Origin: the human T2T-CHM13v2.0 reference genome, Homo sapiens | NCBI RefSeq assembly: GCF_009914755.1 | Contig: NC_060927.1 | Length of the DNA: 64,000 nt | Reading direction: 5' to 3' (one strand) | In this document: positions 59,969 to 64,000 of the stretch, in pieces | How the letters are laid out: every line of letters begins with the position of its first letter | How positions within the stretch are numbered: the stretch's first letter is position 1 | Program-made: the position numbers and the translations under genes | Notes under the pieces: generated by a model | Told to the model about the DNA's origin: nothing | What the model saw: the letters and a program-made list of their open reading frames with translations, nothing else | The model's database searches: none

Positions 59969-60787
59969 GATCCGATAAGAAGTACAAGTGAAGAATTACC
60001 AACACTCTGAAGATGACAAGAGAAAATAAAGTGAAGCTTGCTTTGCATAAATCAAGATACAGATCAATTGACAGAATATAAAACAGGAAGTCTTACGAAC
60101 ATAGAGGTTATCTTAATGTATAAGGGAGACCTTGTCTCAGATCAGAGCATTAAAGGTTTTATTTTCTGTCTGTTTTTTTAAATAAGAGTGCTGGGAAAAT
60201 CAAACAGCTATGTAGAATAGCATAAATAACTACTAACTCCCATTATGCAAAAAATATAGATAGGTTAAGAAATGTGAAAAAAGATTATTCAATCTTAGTA
60301 TAAATATCAATATTTTAATTTCAATGTAGGAAATAATATATTAAACACAATATTAAAAGCATAAACACTAAAAGAGATTCACAAATTTGACATTTAGAAA
60401 AACTTCTGTTCATCAGTTGACACCATAATGAGAATAAAATGTAAGCCAGAAAATATGGTAAGTTCTTAAAAATAAATAGGAAAAAATAAAAATAGCACTC
60501 CACCATTAGCAAAATAATTTAGTAGGGATATCACATCACAAAGAAGAAATCCAAATTCCCACAAAAGATCTGGAAAGTGTGTTTGTCCTAAGAGAAATGT
60601 ACATTAAAACCACAGTATGATAGATTTACACTCCTTATATATTGGCCAAAAATATTTAATTCTGAAAATCCTAAGCATAGGTGTGGAGTAGGGGACAAAC
60701 ATGCACTTTGCCAGTGAATGTAATTGTCCAAGAACTTTGGAAAAATATTTAACATTGTCCAGTAAAGTTAAAGTTACATAAACTTTA

Positions 60788-61478
<691 letters not shown>

Positions 61479-62754
61479 TCAGGATTTAAGTACAAGCTTG
61501 TTCATAGACATACTGTTTTAATTGCCAAAATGGGACTTAAACTGTCAACAAATGATAACATTGATAAATAGATTATGGTAGAATATACAGAAATTAGTGA
61601 ATTAAAATAAATAAAATAGAGCTCTAGGCAACATGTATGAAACTCAAATAATATTTAATGAAAATATATGAAATATGATTACATTTATATGAGGGCTGAA
61701 AACCAAGAGTATGCACACATAGTTTATGAATGTACATTTAAAATTAAAAATATGGTTACTATTGAAATCAGCAGAATATTTCCTCTGGGAAATGTAGGGC
61801 TTTACATTTGGAAAATGTCATTTGTGGGACTTCTGTAGTAATGGTAATACTTTACTCTTTGAAATGAGTGGTGGATACATTGCTGCTTGCTTTTAATTAT
61901 TCTGGAAACTCTACATATATTTTATGCACATACATCAACATTTGTGAACAAATATAAGTTTTATAAGTCTTAATTACAGATATTACAAGCCTCATGGGCA
62001 CACAATACTCATTATTTGTGAGACAGATTATGATATGGTCTTTCATTATTTTGAGTAATAACTCTGGATGAGATCCATAGTGAAAACAAATCCATAATGA
62101 CTCCTCTTTATGCTCCTTGTCTCATTAAAAAATTTAAACAAAAGCAAAAGCAAAAAAATTATAGCATGGATTCTTGAGAAATAAAATGGTTTATAAAAAG
62201 AACTGTTTGTATGAGAAGATGAGTTTATTTTGTAATTGTTGAAATTGATATTTGCATTTTCTCTGAAAATAAAGTTTTCCTATTTTATTGCTAAGTAAAT
62301 GACCACTCCTAGGTCAAAATGCTGATACCCAAGATTTAAAACTGGTTGTAGAATTTGTATTTTTTTGTGTGTGTGAGAAGTGTCAAAAGGGTCTTTTGAT
62401 AGTACTAAATTTTTATGTAGTTGACTTTTAAATACAGTTATTAAAATTTTGCCAGTTTGGCATATTCTATGTCATAACTCCATTTACTTCTTATGCTAAA
62501 GATGATCATTCACTAGCACTAGGTAGCCTCACCAAATGACTTAACTATACGGTATAATGTAGAGGATTATTGTCTACAGTAGGAAGCTACTAATGTTACA
62601 ATAGTTCGGTGTTTTAAGTTTTTTTAGTACAGTACTCTAAACTACACAGCCATCTAATTTTCCCATTTTCCTTTTCTCATCAAAAAGCTTAATCAATTGT
62701 CTTTATTATATTCTTATAAATACCCTCAGGAAAGGTGAGCAATCATGAAATAGA

Positions 62755-63003
62755 AAAAGGAGCCAGAGAAGGAGGAAAGAGGAAAGGAAGAGAAATATAA
62801 TAAAGAGGAGGGGAAAATCAAAAATGGAAGAAGGGAAAGATGAAGGAAGACAGAGAAGGGGGGTCAGAGGGAATGGGGAAAGGAAAGAAGAAGAAAAGAA
62901 GAAAGGAAGCAAAGGAGGAGGTGCAAATGGAGGTAAAGGAAGGATGGAGGAAAAGAAGGCAGTTGGGCAGGAAGGAAGAAAAGAAGGAAAGAAGGAAAAG
63001 GAA
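62755..63003. repeat. GA-rich polypurine low-complexity tract
   Basis: About 250 bp mostly G/A on the + strand. Confidence 0.85.
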
Positions 63004-64000
63004 ATTGCACGAGTGTTGCTTGTTAATGCTTTATATTAAAATGAAGAAAATATTACCTATAAGCTACTCAAAAATGAAAGTTGATTTGAAAAAAATCAAA
63101 GGGGCATGGATAATATATATCTGAAAAGCATATTTATAATAAATAGAAACACTCAATATACATTAGAATGAAGTAGCACACATAGATGAGAGAAATATAT
63201 AAAGATTCACAGCAGAAAATAATGATAAATAGAAGCGGAAAAAAGCATTGGGAATTTTATTTGCTGGATTGTTGGTTTCATGATACAAAACACTGGGAAT
63301 AATGTTGTGGGACTGACGATGGGGATTCATCTTTAAAGCTCTTGTTGTAATTTTGTGTACATAAAAATGAATTTGATTATGGAACAAAGAATTTCATGAC
63401 TAAATTAAGAGATAAGGCTCTTTTCTGTCAGAATATACTTGCATCATTACTTTAATCTTTTTTTATATTTTTGACAAAAACAAAGATAATATACCAATGG
63501 TAGAAGTTTACATCTATAAACAGTGTAACAATTGATAAGTTATTTACTTGGCTGTTGAAAATAATCTTTCAGAAGACAAATAAACAGCTGACAAATAAAA
63601 CTGCTAATCTAGACAACAATGTGGCAAATAGAAAATCCTTGGAAGTAATCTAAGCGCCAAGAAACATGAAAAAAAGCATGTAAATTTGAAAGTCGTAATA
63701 AATAAGGAACACTGAACATAAATGGTCAGGGCCTTAGACTAGTAATCTAAAAATTGTCATTTCACACATTTTGTGTTGTCATTTTTATCATCAATTTAAA
63801 TAACTGCTACTTAATGTGTCAACTTACAAAAATGAAGAGATTTAAAAGTGTAATAAGAGTACTTTAGGGAGTCATTTTATTTCTAATAATTTGATACTAT
63901 ATATTTAGTTGCTATTTATTTGATGACTATATGTATTTTATCTCATATATTTAGTTTTTGTCTGTTTAAAATTTTATTTCATTTTTTCAATTTCAATTTA

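Noticed and set aside
62706-63124. Lys/Glu-rich and Phe/Leu-rich ORFs
   Set aside because: Artefacts of the GA-rich low-complexity tract.
63163-63387. 74-aa minus-strand ORF in unique DNA
   Set aside because: Non-ATG start, no clear splice acceptor and no recognisable homology.

Overview
This is AT-rich primate genomic DNA (human or great-ape type), intronic or intergenic, and dominated by transposable elements. No host protein-coding gene, RNA gene or CRISPR-like array can be supported. Nearly all long ORFs in the track come from L1, HERV-L, Alu or LTR sequence. The main elements are a decayed HERV-L provirus (gag remnant, pro, RT, RNase H, IN, dUTPase; MLT2A LTRs; 16938-22350, minus), a full-length L1PA2/3 with a 13-bp TSD (40201-46225, minus), several truncated or twin-primed L1s, THE1, MLT1, MER31 and MER52 LTRs, Alus, MER5A, MER58A, L2 and MIR. 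I found no convincing new biological system. The most unusual observations are four: (1) a THE1B/HERV-L hybrid whose two different LTR ends share one 5-bp TSD; (2) an old L1 3' transduction inside a 17-bp TSD; (3) a TSD-flanked, A-tailed, non-L1 orphan retro-insertion inside an L1; (4) an ancient local duplication with conserved splice-like motifs. A strong CTCF motif, DUX4 motifs in LTRs and weak candidate minus-strand exons are also noted. Family and subfamily calls are by-eye recall of consensus sequences, not database hits.
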